From an uncultured Acidobacteriaceae bacterium (GTDB lineage: Bacteria; Acidobacteriota; Terriglobia; Terriglobales; Acidobacteriaceae), in assembly GCA_963849815.1 (NCBI GenBank), contig CAWKIR010000012.1, forward strand, positions 41,169-105,168: a stretch of DNA of 64,000 bases. The letters run 5' to 3'. The position numbers and the translations under genes were made by a program. The notes beneath the pieces are model-generated. The model saw nothing but the letters and a program-made list of their open reading frames with translations. It made no database searches and was not told the DNA's origin. The first letter of the stretch is position 1; each line of letters opens with the position of its first letter. This document shows, piece after piece, positions 11,142 to 21,300 of this stretch.

Positions 11142-11371
11142 GACTGTTCCTTCGCTGGGAGCATACCTCGCCCAATCAGCCTAAGCAATGCAAGGATTGA
11201 GAACGAACCCGATGAGGGGCCAGGGCATGATTGAGGTTGCACCCCCTTCAGAACATCGCACAGCCGACTTTTTTCGCACCCTGTAACGGCGTTTTCCTGA
11301 CAGCACCGCGAATGATTTATAAGATAAGTGCCAGACCACTCTAGCGACCGCGTTGCTCTGGAACCGCAGCG

Positions 11372-11764
11372 TTGCGGAATACAATCACGGTGATTATGAC
11401 GTACATAGCGCACGTTTTCCCACGTTGGATACGTTTCAGCACAATGGCAGCGCTTTTTCTCGGCTTCGGAATCGGCTGTCGGGCGCAACAGGCCGCGCCG
11501 CCGCCGACCATCCTCCAGCCATCGCAACACACTGAGGAGACGCCGTGGGAAGTGCAGCAGAAAAAGGAGATGGCGAGAAAACGTAATCTTCAGCGCCAGG
11601 ATGAGCTCAAAAAGGACACCGAAAAGCTGCTAGAGTTAGCTACGGAGCTGAAGCAGTCGGTGGACAAGACCGACGAGAACACGCTGTCCCTGGAAGTAAT
11701 CAAGAAGGCCGAGGAGATCGAGAAGTTGGCCAAGAGCGTGAAAGACAAGATGAAAGGGCCGTGA
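11372..11764 (+). CDS. Hypothetical small secreted coiled-coil protein
   Basis: The ORF has a hydrophobic N-terminus (MAALFLGFGIGCRAQQ, alternative start 11444) and a K/E-rich helical C-terminus. It lies directly upstream of, and co-directional with, the sedolisin gene. Confidence 0.5.
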   Translation: MRNTITVIMTYIAHVFPRWIRFSTMAALFLGFGIGCRAQQAAPPPTILQPSQHTEETPWEVQQKKEMARKRNLQRQDELKKDTEKLLELATELKQSVDKTDENTLSLEVIKKAEEIEKLAKSVKDKMKGP

Positions 11765-11804
11765 AGAAGGGGCTAGTGGCTAGAACACATCCCAAGGAGC
11801 AGAT

Positions 11805-13517
11805 ATGGCTTTCAAGAAGTACGTAGAAGTTGCAGGCAGTGAGCGCAAGCCGTTGCAAGGAGCGACACGGACGGGACATTCGGACCCCAACGAGGTGATG
11901 CAGGTGACGCTGGTGCTGCGGCAGCGGACCTCGGGCGGGAAACCAATACCACTGGCCGACCTCGTCGCGCGCGGTCAGCGGGTGTCGCGGGAGGAGTACG
12001 AAGCGCGCTACGGCGCCGATCCCACTGATGTCCATAAGGTGTTGGCCTTCGCTGCGCAATTCGGCCTGGCGCTCGCCAACGCCAACCTGCCCGCCAAGAC
12101 CGTGTCTCTCAGCGGCACGTGCGCCGCATTTTCCCAGGCTTTTCAAGTACAGCTGGCGCGCTACAACTATAAGGGCGGCTCGTATCGCGTGCGCACCGGC
12201 GCGGTGAAGGTGCCGCAAGAGCTGAGTGCCATCATTCGTAGCGTCCACGGGCTCGATAACCGGCCGCAGGCAGAAACTCATTTTCGCATCGGCAGCAAGC
12301 TGTCGGCTTCAGCTAAGCCGTCCGCGACCCAGGCTTCGCTCACAGCCCTGCAAGTTGCCCAGGCATACAGTTACCCGAAAAATCTGAACGCCCAGGGTGA
12401 GACGATCGGCATCATCGAACTGGGAGGCGGCTTTAACCAGTCCGATCTGGAAACATACTTCAGCGGTCTCAACATCTCGCCTGCGCCAACGGTAGTGGCC
12501 GTTTCCGTTGATGGCGGGCAAAACCAGCCGACCGGCGATACCGGCGGTCCCGACACGGAAGTCGGCCTGGATATTGAAGTGTCGGGGGCGATCGCACCCG
12601 GCGCCAACATCGCGGTTTACTTCGCGCCCAATACCGATGCGGGATTCCTCGACGCCATCAACCAGGCAGTGACCGACCAGGTGAATAAGCCCTCGGTGCT
12701 CTCGATCAGTTGGGGAGGGCCTGAGTCGACATGGACGGCGCAGTCGCTGCAATCGTTCAATAGCGCGCTTCAGGCTGCCGCAGCCGTTGGCGTAACCGTA
12801 TGTGTGGCCTGTGGAGATAACGGATCAACTGACGGTGTGACCGATGGGCTCGATCATGTGGATTTCCCTGCGTCCAGCCCGTACGCCTTGGCGTGCGGAG
12901 GGACCACGCTGGAGCTCAGCGGCAGCTCGATTTCGAGCGAAGTGGTGTGGAACGATCTTTCCAGCGGTGAGGGCGCCACCGGCGGCGGGATCAGCACAAC
13001 CTTTCCACTCCCCTCCTACCAGGCGAATGCGAAGGTGCCGCCATCCGACAATCCCGGCAACTTCGCGGGCCGCGGTGTGCCTGACGTTGCCGGCGATGCG
13101 GACCCCAATACAGGCTACAACGTGCAAGTGGACGGCTCCAGTTTTGCTGTGGGAGGAACCAGTGCGGTTGCACCACTGTGGGCTGGACTGATCGCGCTTT
13201 TCAATCAGTCGCTGGGCAAGTCAGTGGGATATCTGAATCCGACCTTGTACCAGAACGTTGGAGAAAACGGATCTTTCCACGACATCACGTCCGGCAACAA
13301 TGGCGATTACAGCGCCGGTCTGGGCTGGGATCCGTGTAGCGGATGGGGCAGCCCCAATGGGGCAGTGTTGTTGAAGTCCTTGTCGGCAGGTGAGGTAGCT
13401 CCACCTCCAACCTCCACGTCGACCCCGAGTCCTGCACCAACGCCAGCCCCAATACCGACTCCGCCTTCAAGGCACAAGCATAAGCCGAAGCCAAAACCGA
13501 AACGCGGCCGCAAGTGA
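11805..13517 (+). CDS. S53 sedolisin with pro-kumamolisin-type activation domain and Pro/Thr-rich, Lys-rich tail
   Basis: N-terminus VEVAGSERKPL..VTLVLR resembles the pro-kumamolisin prodomain. Catalytic signatures DTEVGLDIEVSGAIAP, SISWGG and GGTSAVAPLWAGL are present. The tail is PPPTSTSTPSPAPTPAPIPTPPSRHKHKPKPKPKRGRK. Confidence 0.85.
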   Translation: MAFKKYVEVAGSERKPLQGATRTGHSDPNEVMQVTLVLRQRTSGGKPIPLADLVARGQRVSREEYEARYGADPTDVHKVLAFAAQFGLALANANLPAKTVSLSGTCAAFSQAFQVQLARYNYKGGSYRVRTGAVKVPQELSAIIRSVHGLDNRPQAETHFRIGSKLSASAKPSATQASLTALQVAQAYSYPKNLNAQGETIGIIELGGGFNQSDLETYFSGLNISPAPTVVAVSVDGGQNQPTGDTGGPDTEVGLDIEVSGAIAPGANIAVYFAPNTDAGFLDAINQAVTDQVNKPSVLSISWGGPESTWTAQSLQSFNSALQAAAAVGVTVCVACGDNGSTDGVTDGLDHVDFPASSPYALACGGTTLELSGSSISSEVVWNDLSSGEGATGGGISTTFPLPSYQANAKVPPSDNPGNFAGRGVPDVAGDADPNTGYNVQVDGSSFAVGGTSAVAPLWAGLIALFNQSLGKSVGYLNPTLYQNVGENGSFHDITSGNNGDYSAGLGWDPCSGWGSPNGAVLLKSLSAGEVAPPPTSTSTPSPAPTPAPIPTPPSRHKHKPKPKPKRGRK

Positions 13518-13650
13518 AGTAGAGCGGGCGCCGCGAATACCCGGGGTGCTCGCTCATGCAAAATGAGATTAACCTAGGGCAGTTCGGCACTTAGATTACA
13601 ATTGACCCGAGTTTGTTTTAAGCGGCGGCAAAGAACGGAGGACCGAGAAC

Positions 13651-14316
13651 ATGAGGGCCATTCTACTTACGGCGGTCGCAGCCACTCTTACGCTCGGACA
13701 AGCGGTCTACGCTCAGAGTCTTGGCGGATCGTCCACCATGACGGTACCCTCGATGACGACACCGGCGATGACAGGAACTTCTATGACGGTACCCTCGATG
13801 GCGGTCCCGTCTATGGGAACATCCTCCAATATTGAAGCATTTTCCATGCCACCGTCGCCGATGCCGGCGTTCTCCATGCCTGCGTTCTCAATACCATCAC
13901 CGTCGATGCCTGCGTTCTCGATGCCGCCGTCGCCGATACCGGCATTCTCGATACCGTCATCGCCAATACCGGCGTTCTCGATACGGTCATCGCCAATACC
14001 AGCATTCTCGCTCAAAGGATCTTCTTCCAACGCTGAAAGCGCTTTCTCGGGCGGCAGCGCACCGGCGGTAACTCCACCAGCTCCGGGGGCTTCGGCGGCT
14101 CCCAGTGCGGTCGCAACGCCGACCGCGGCAATGCCCGACGCAGCAACGCCTAATGCGGCGACTCCGGACGCAGCGACGCCTAATGCGGCGACTCCCGACG
14201 CAGCAACGCCTAATGCGGCGACTCCGGAGGCAACGACGCCAAATGCGGCGGTTCCCGACGCAACGACGCCTAATGCGGCAACGCCTGATGCTGTCAATGA
14301 CCATCCACTCCAGTGA
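13651..14316 (+). CDS. Secreted low-complexity protein built from three tandem-repeat modules
   Basis: Signal peptide MRAILLTAVAATLTLGQAVYAQ, then blocks of (T/A)VPSM, PAFS(M/I)P(P/S)SP(I/M) and ATP(D/N)A units. The repeats are in frame. Confidence 0.7.
   Translation: MRAILLTAVAATLTLGQAVYAQSLGGSSTMTVPSMTTPAMTGTSMTVPSMAVPSMGTSSNIEAFSMPPSPMPAFSMPAFSIPSPSMPAFSMPPSPIPAFSIPSSPIPAFSIRSSPIPAFSLKGSSSNAESAFSGGSAPAVTPPAPGASAAPSAVATPTAAMPDAATPNAATPDAATPNAATPDAATPNAATPEATTPNAAVPDATTPNAATPDAVNDHPLQ
13735..13815. repeat. Coding tandem repeat block I (45-nt repeat atgacggtaccctcgatg..)
   Basis: atgacggtaccctcgatg occurs at 13738 and again at 13783. Confidence 0.8.
13837..14010. repeat. Coding tandem repeat block II (15/30-nt period)
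   Basis: Units like ggcattctcgataccgtcatcgccaatacc are repeated head to tail, encoding PAFSIPSSPI. Confidence 0.85.
14128..14292. repeat. Coding tandem repeat block III (30-nt period, about five and a half copies)
   Basis: gacgcagc(a/g)acgcctaatgcggcgactcc(g/c) is repeated nearly perfectly, encoding DAATPNAATP. Confidence 0.9.
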
Positions 14317-14380
14317 GGATGCTTCGCAAACCAATAATGCGCCGCGCAGCGTACTAGCCAAGCGATTCATGCAAAACAAA

Positions 14381-14409
14381 ACGCCATCCGGCAAGGGATG
14401 GCGTTTTCT
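14381..14409. terminator. Bidirectional rho-independent terminator
   Basis: Stem acgccatcc/ggatggcgt with a 6-nt loop. It is flanked by caaaacaaa upstream and ttttct downstream, and lies between convergent genes. Confidence 0.7.
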
Positions 14410-14485
14410 GCTGAGGTATCTTGTACTGATTGACCAACCCCGGCGACTAGCTGAGCAGGACACGCCCAAACGTATCGGTTCGGCA

Positions 14486-15142
14486 TCATTTGGCATTCAC
14501 AAGCGTAATGCCCCGAGGCGGCTGAAAGAGAGCGGGGTCGAAGGGCATATCCTCATAGGCCAGGTATTCGATCGTCCGTCTGTCGGAGCCTTTCGCAAGG
14601 CTGATGCGAATAGGCTTTTCCGTTTTTGAGTCGACCCACAGGATAACGGTGCGACCGCTCAAGGTGAGTTCGTAGCGACTGGTTTGACTGCCGTGCAGAG
14701 GCTCACCCGCTGATTCGGAGGCGTGGTTAGCTTTAAAAAACTCAAGCTCGTTTCCGAACTCCAACTCGTTCAGTTTGGACTTCGCCTCTCCAGGAGTTTG
14801 GAAAATTGGAACATGCACTTCTAGGGACGGGCCGGGGTCGATAACGTGCCTTCCAGACTTGTCATAAAGATTGATCATCCAGGCGTCCGGCTCGCTGATG
14901 ATCATTAACCCGTGAATGTGTTGTTGGTTATCAATGCCCTCCGCGATGCGGCCATACTTCTTTCCTGCCCGCCAGAGGGTTCTTGGCTGTGCCCCGAACG
15001 AACCGTGCTCGGGCTCCGGCTCAATCAGGCGCGTGGTGATTTTGATCATGCCCTTCGGAACTTCTTGACTTATCAAGGAGCTTGAAAATAACCCAAGCAT
15101 GACAGCCAGAAAAGTGCATCGCCTGTAAAGCCATGTGCTCAT
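14486..15142 (-). CDS. Hypothetical secreted protein (possibly LolA-like fold)
   Basis: ATG at 15142 gives the signal peptide MSTWLYRRCTFLAVMLGLFSSSLISQ. The sequence has a beta-rich character and ends in FDPALFQPPRGITLV. The function is not recognised. Confidence 0.55.
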   Translation of the reverse strand: MSTWLYRRCTFLAVMLGLFSSSLISQEVPKGMIKITTRLIEPEPEHGSFGAQPRTLWRAGKKYGRIAEGIDNQQHIHGLMIISEPDAWMINLYDKSGRHVIDPGPSLEVHVPIFQTPGEAKSKLNELEFGNELEFFKANHASESAGEPLHGSQTSRYELTLSGRTVILWVDSKTEKPIRISLAKGSDRRTIEYLAYEDMPFDPALFQPPRGITLVNAK

Positions 15143-15208
15143 ACGTTTGTCGGAGCTGTCCGCAACCGCCATCCCATAGGGCGGCGGTTGCGTGTGGGGC
15201 CGCAAGCT

Positions 15209-17755
15209 TTACGCTTTCGCTTTCACAATCCGCATGCCGTAGAACGACCGGTACACGAACACAAACGACACGGCGAAGAACAACAGTGCCAGCACGTGGC
15301 TGAAGACTTCACCCTTGCTCGCCGTCAAACTGACAGCCAGTTCCACGGCCAGCAACCCGAACAGCGTGGTGAACTTGATGATCGGGTTCATGGCGACTGA
15401 GGAGGTGTCCTTGAAAGGATCGCCCACGGTGTCGCCGACAACCGTTGCATCGTGCAGCGGGGTCCCCTTCTGCTTGAGTTCAACCTCGACAATCTTCTTG
15501 GCGTTATCCCACGCCCCGCCGGCATTGGCCATGAACATTGCCTGATATAGGCCGGAGATGGCAATCGCGATCAGGTAGCCGATGAAGAAGAACGGCTCGA
15601 CGAAGGCGAATGACAGGGTCACGAAGAAGACCGCGAGGAAGATGTTGAACATGCCCTTCTGGGCATACTTCGTACAGATTTCCACGACCTTCTTGCTGTC
15701 CTCTACCGAGGCCTTCTCTACGCCTTCCAGCTTGATGTTGGCTTTGATGAACTCCACCGCGCGGTAAGCGCCGGTAGTCACGGCCTGCATGGAAGCGCCG
15801 GTAAACCAATAGATGATGGCGCCCCCGCTGATGAGGCCAAGCACAAAGGGAGCGTGCAGCAGCGACAGTTTGCCGACGTTTTCCGTCAGCCCGTGAGTGA
15901 GTGCCATGATGATGGAGAAGATCATGGTGGTTGCGCCCACGACGGCCGTGCCGATCAGCACCGGCTTGGCTGTGGCCTTGAAGGTATTGCCCGCGCCATC
16001 GTTTTCTTCCAGCATGTGCTTGGCGCGCTCGAAGTTGACGTCGATGTTGTAATCGCGCTTCAACTCGCTCTCGATATTCGGCACCTGCTCAATCAGCGAC
16101 AGTTCATACACCGATTGGGCATTGTCCGTTACCGGGCCGTAGGAGTCGACGGCGATGGTAACCGGGCCCATGCCAAGAAATCCGAACGCCACCAGGCCGA
16201 AAGCGAAGACCGCGGGTGCCAGCATCATCTGGCCGAGCCCATAGGTGCTGACGTAGTAGCCGATGCTCATCAGCAGCACCATGGTGAATCCCAGGTAGTA
16301 GCAGGAGAAATTGCCGGCAACCAGTCCTGACAGAATGTCGAGCGATGCGCCGCCTTCTTCCGCCGAGGTCACCACTTCTTTCACGTGGGCCGAATTGGTG
16401 GAGGTGAAGACCTTCACCAGTTCAGGGATGATGGCTCCCGCCAGAGTTCCGCAGGAGATGATGGTGGCCAGCTTCCACCATTGCGTGCTGTCGCCGCCGA
16501 GCACGGGGATGATGAGAGCCGAGACCACATAGGTCAGCACAATGGAGATGATTGACGTTAGCCACACCAGCGAAGTGAGCGGGCTTTCGTAGTTCATCTC
16601 GGTGGCATTGCCGAAGCGTGCCTTGGCCACCGCTTCGTTCAGGAAGTACGCAATTGTGCTGGAGACCAGCATCATGATGCGCATGACGAAGATCCACACC
16701 AGTAGTTGCACCTGCACGGTGTGGTTGTGAACGCCCAGCAGGATGAAGGTGATGAGCGCTACGCCAGTAACGCCGTAGGTCTCGAAACCATCGGCGCTGG
16801 GCCCAACCGAGTCGCCGGCGTTGTCGCCGGTGCAGTCGGCAATTACGCCAGGGTTGCGAGCATCGTCTTCCTTGATCTTGAAGACGATCTTCATCAGGTC
16901 AGAACCAATGTCGGCGATCTTGGTAAAGATACCGCCGGCGATACGCAGCGCCGCGGCGCCCAGCGACTCGCCGATGGCGAAGCCGATGAAGCACTGCCCG
17001 GCGTAATCAGCCGGAACGAACAGCAGAATGCAAAGCATGATGAGCAGCTCGACGGAGATTAGCATCATGCCGATGCTCATGCCGGCCTTCAGCGGGATGG
17101 CGTAAATGGGATACGGCTTGCCGCCCAGTCCGGCGAAAGCGGTGCGCGAGTTGGCGAAAGTATTTACCCGGATGCCGAACCATGCGACCCCATAGCTGCC
17201 GGCAATTCCGACGATGCTAAACAAGAGAATGATGGGCAGGGTTACGCCAACGGGCTTGCCGGGAACGGGGGCCAGCCAGCCGAAGTACGCCACAATGACG
17301 ACGGCGATGAACGCCCACAACACCATCAGGAACTTGCCCTGCGTGACCACATAGGTCTTGCAGGTCTCGTAGATCAGCTCCGAGATATCGCGCATGGAGC
17401 GGTGCACCGGCAGGTTCTTCAGTTGCATGTAAATCGCCAGCCCGAACAGGAGGCCGAAGGCACAGAAGAGCAGTCCGATCAGCAGCAGGTTGTGACCCGT
17501 CATGCCCAGGAAACTCACCGAGGAAAGATCGGGAAGTTGGAGGTTGGCCTCGCCCGCAGCCTCGTTCGGCTGGGCGAAAGCAGTGGAAGCGTGCAACATC
17601 AAAATGGAGAACGCGGGGATGACGAATTTGGCCGGATTACTGCGGGCTGCCGACGACAGCCGCCGCAATGCAGCGAGCCAGGTGCGCATATGATTCCTCC
17701 GATGAGCCAGCCGCTTGCAGGCGGACAGCGCCCATGAAATGAAGTTTCGATTCAA
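15209..17755 (-). CDS. hppA: Membrane-integral proton-translocating pyrophosphatase (Lys-type, predicted K+-independent)
   Basis: Diagnostic motifs GGIFTKIADIGSDL, DCTGDNAGDSVGPSADGFETYG, DNAGNTFKATAKP and GDTVGDPFKDTSSVAMNPIIKF are present. The start is uncertain (17755 or ATG 17689). Confidence 0.9.
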   Translation of the reverse strand: MNRNFISWALSACKRLAHRRNHMRTWLAALRRLSSAARSNPAKFVIPAFSILMLHASTAFAQPNEAAGEANLQLPDLSSVSFLGMTGHNLLLIGLLFCAFGLLFGLAIYMQLKNLPVHRSMRDISELIYETCKTYVVTQGKFLMVLWAFIAVVIVAYFGWLAPVPGKPVGVTLPIILLFSIVGIAGSYGVAWFGIRVNTFANSRTAFAGLGGKPYPIYAIPLKAGMSIGMMLISVELLIMLCILLFVPADYAGQCFIGFAIGESLGAAALRIAGGIFTKIADIGSDLMKIVFKIKEDDARNPGVIADCTGDNAGDSVGPSADGFETYGVTGVALITFILLGVHNHTVQVQLLVWIFVMRIMMLVSSTIAYFLNEAVAKARFGNATEMNYESPLTSLVWLTSIISIVLTYVVSALIIPVLGGDSTQWWKLATIISCGTLAGAIIPELVKVFTSTNSAHVKEVVTSAEEGGASLDILSGLVAGNFSCYYLGFTMVLLMSIGYYVSTYGLGQMMLAPAVFAFGLVAFGFLGMGPVTIAVDSYGPVTDNAQSVYELSLIEQVPNIESELKRDYNIDVNFERAKHMLEENDGAGNTFKATAKPVLIGTAVVGATTMIFSIIMALTHGLTENVGKLSLLHAPFVLGLISGGAIIYWFTGASMQAVTTGAYRAVEFIKANIKLEGVEKASVEDSKKVVEICTKYAQKGMFNIFLAVFFVTLSFAFVEPFFFIGYLIAIAISGLYQAMFMANAGGAWDNAKKIVEVELKQKGTPLHDATVVGDTVGDPFKDTSSVAMNPIIKFTTLFGLLAVELAVSLTASKGEVFSHVLALLFFAVSFVFVYRSFYGMRIVKAKA

Positions 17756-18360
17756 TCTGCCGCGACAGTTCGCGAACAGCGTTTCCTAAGATCGTTGACC
17801 ACCCAGCCGGCGGGGCGCACACAGACTGATCGTCCACAAGTCCCACTTCGAACTTGTTGGGCAATCAGGGCCCCCGACGAGTCCAGACCTTGGACTTGTT
17901 GGGGCTGATGGACCTGCTGGAATCCCGGAAACGCGCTTCCACTTCAAGACAGAAGTGTTGAGGCTTGGCCGCGTCGGGAGCACTTGCACCGTTTTATGTG
18001 CAGCCTGGAGCACACTCCAAGCGGAACACAAAGGCGAGTTTTTATAACATTTTCAGAGAGGCGGGGTCAATGACATGGAGGTGGGACTAGCTGCGAAAGG
18101 CCATTCCAGCCAGCCAGGTTGCGGACACCGGCCAGTCTCGCTGCTCAATGCGGTATTTCTCCAATGACCTCAGAGGATTGCAGTTAGCTGGCAGCGGCTT
18201 TGTCCAAAGCGGCGGGAACTGCGATACTTAATCACTAAGCTGCGAGTTTTCTCCTCTCCTGTTGCTAGCGACGAAAAGCAGGTCCCTCCGCTCCGGCTGA
18301 AGCCGTCGGTCGGGATGACACATTTACATAGGAGTTTCGAACACTCGCACTGAAAGGTAA

Positions 18361-21300
18361 ATGAGCGACTACTTAAAAGCCGTGCAGGAACGCGTCGTCA
18401 TCTTTGACGGCGCCATGGGGACGAACATCCAGCTCCGCAACCCCGACATGGACGATTTTCGGGGTAAGGAGGGGTACAACGACATTCTGGTGTTCAGCCG
18501 GCCCGACCTTATCAAAGACATCCACGCTGCATTCTTCGAAGTCGGCTGCGACGTAGTCGAAACGAATACGTTCAACTCCAGTCCGATGGACATGGTCGAG
18601 TACGACATGCTCGCCCAAGTGCACGAGATCAACGTGGCTGCGGCCAAAATCGCCCGGGAAGTGGCCAGCGGCTACTCGACAAATGGCCGCAAGCGCTTTG
18701 TTGCCGGATCGATGGGCCCGACAAGGAAGCTGCCCTCGCTCGGCCACATCAGTTTTGACGAGATGGCTGCCGGCTATACCGAGCAAGCCATTGGGCTCAT
18801 CGAGGGCGGCGTGGACGTACTGCTGCTCGAGACCTGTCAGGACATTCTGCAAGCCAAGGCTGGATTGGTCGGCATCTTCGATGCGCTGAAGAAGACCGGC
18901 AAGAACGTTCCGGTGCAGGTGCAGGTCACGATTGATGTTGGCGGCACCATGCTGTTGGGAACGGAGATCGGCGCAGCGCTCACCACGCTGGAGATGTTCG
19001 ATGCTGCCGTGATCGGCATGAACTGTGCCACCGGCCCCAAGGAGATGAACGACGCCGTACGTTATCTGGGGCTGAATTCACCGAAGCCAATATCGGTATT
19101 GCCGAACGCAGGTCTGCCACAAAACGTGGGCGGTCATGCGGTCTACAAGTTGGAGCCGCAGGAGCTCGCTGACTACCACAAGCAGTTCATCACCGAATAT
19201 GGTGTGCGAATTGTCGGCGGGTGCTGTGGTACGCGGCCCGAACACCTGAAAGCTGTGGTAGAGACTTGTGCCAATCTTGAACCCGCACGGAGCGAAATCA
19301 AGACCGTCGCCGCGGCGGCCAGCGCGTACTCCATGGTGCCGCTCGATCTCGATCCCAAGCCGCTGGTTGTGGCCGAGGAGATGAACACCACCACGCGCGT
19401 CGAGCACTTCAAGAACATGGTCCGCGCGCAGGACTATGACGGCATCCTCACGCTGGCCAAGAAGCTTGTGAATGAAGGCTCGCACATGCTCGACCTGTGC
19501 TGCGCCATCGTGGGCGAGGATGAGAAAGCCTACATCAGCAACATCCTGGAAAAGATTGCCACCCGCGTGCCCGCGCCCATCACCGTCGACTCCACTGAAG
19601 CCGACGTGATCGAAGAAGCCCTGAAGCGCATTCCGGGCAAGGCCATTATCAACTCCATCAACCTGGAGGATGGCGAGAAGCGCACGTCGAAGGTTCTGCC
19701 GATGGCGAAGCGCTACGGCGCGGCGGTCATCGCGCTGACCATCGATGAAGACGGCATGGCCCTGACGTGGCAGAAAAAGCTGGCCATCGCCAAACGCATC
19801 TTCGATCTGGCGGTGAACAAGTATGGCATTCGTCCGTGCGATCTGATCTTCGACGCGCTCACACTACCCATCTCGACCGGTCAGGAAGACTACCGCACCG
19901 CCGGTATCGAGACGTTGAAAGCGGTGAAGGCGATCAAGACCGAATTGCCCGAGGTGAAGACCATTCTCGGCGTAAGTAACATTTCGTTCGGACTGAATGT
20001 CTATTCGCGGCGGATTTTGAACAGCGTCTTCATGCACGAGGCAGTCGATCACGGCCTCGATATGGCCATCGTGAACTACAGCAAGATTTATCCGTTGTAC
20101 AAAATTCCGGAAGCGGAAGTTGATCTGGCGCGCAAGTTGATTTTCTACGACCAATCGAACGGCGATCCGTTGCAGGTCTACATGAATCACTTTGCCGGGA
20201 CCAAGGGCAAAGAGGAGCATACGACAGCGCACGTCGATACGCTGTCGGTGGAAGACAAGCTGAAGTGGGCGATCATCAACGGCGAAAAGAGCGTTGGCGA
20301 TGGCGCGAACAAGAAGTCGCTGCACGAGATTTTGGAAGAAGCCCTGGTCAACTATACGCCGCTCGACTTGATCAACAATATCCTGCTGGACGGCATGAGG
20401 ACGGTCGGCGACCTGTTCGGTGCGCGCAAGATGCAGTTGCCTTCGGTGCTCGACTCGGCTGGCGTGATGAAGGCCGCTGTCGCGTATCTGGAGCCGAAGA
20501 TGGAGAAGAAAGAAGGCAGCCAGAAGGGAACCATCGTGCTGGCGACGGTGAAGGGCGACGTCCATGATATCGGCAAGAACCTCGTGGATATCATCCTCAC
20601 CAACAACGGCTATCGCGTGGTGAACCTCGGCATCAAGCAGCCATCGGATGTGATCATCAATGCAGCGCTCGCGGAGAAAGCCGACGCCATCGGGCTCAGC
20701 GGATTGCTGGTGAAGTCGACGCTGGAGATGAAGTATGTGGTGCAGGACCTGCATCATCAAAAGCTGGAATTTCCGGTGATCTGCGGCGGCGCGGCTCTGA
20801 CGCGAAAGTATGTGGAAGACGATCTGCGCCGCGAGTACAACGGCGGCATCTTCTACGCCGATGATGCCTTCGCCGGGCTGCACCTGATGGAAGATCTCTC
20901 GTCGCCCAACGGGAAGCGCGAGAAGCGCATTGCAGAAGGCAAGGTGGTGAAGGAGTTTGTGCGCCCGACACACACCCTTGGAGGCGTCGAAGGCGCGACC
21001 TCGCCCAATGTCGAGATTCCCGCCGCTCCGGACATTCCCCAGCCGCCGTTCTGGGGCGTGCGCGTGTTGAAGCCGAAGGATTTCGATTTGCGCGAAGTCT
21101 TCCAGTACATCAACGAGACCGCGCTGTTCAAGAATCAGTGGCAGCTGAAGACGGCGTCGCAGGAAGACTACGGGCGCCTGGTTGAGACGAAGTATCGGCC
21201 GATCCTGAAAGATCTGGAAGAGGAAGTGATCGCCGCGGGGTGGTTTGAGCCCAAAGTCGTCTACGGATATTTCGGAGCGCAGGGCGACGGTAACGACGTG

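Noticed and set aside
13735-14292. The tandem repeats considered as a CRISPR array or a non-coding minisatellite
   Set aside because: There are no unique spacers between the units. The periods are multiples of 3 (15, 30 and 45 nt) and stay in frame within an ORF that has a signal peptide, so they are coding repeats.
13713-14297. 194-aa antisense ORF across the tandem-repeat gene
   Set aside because: It is an artefact of repeat symmetry. The repeat units lack stops in several frames, and only the plus-strand frame has a signal peptide and a terminator downstream.
18040-18360. Cobalamin, SAM or SAH riboswitch upstream of metH
   Set aside because: I could not find the B12 box or the SAM-I or SAH core sequences by eye. 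The conserved-looking part is a copy of a dispersed repeat. Only an Infernal scan could settle this.
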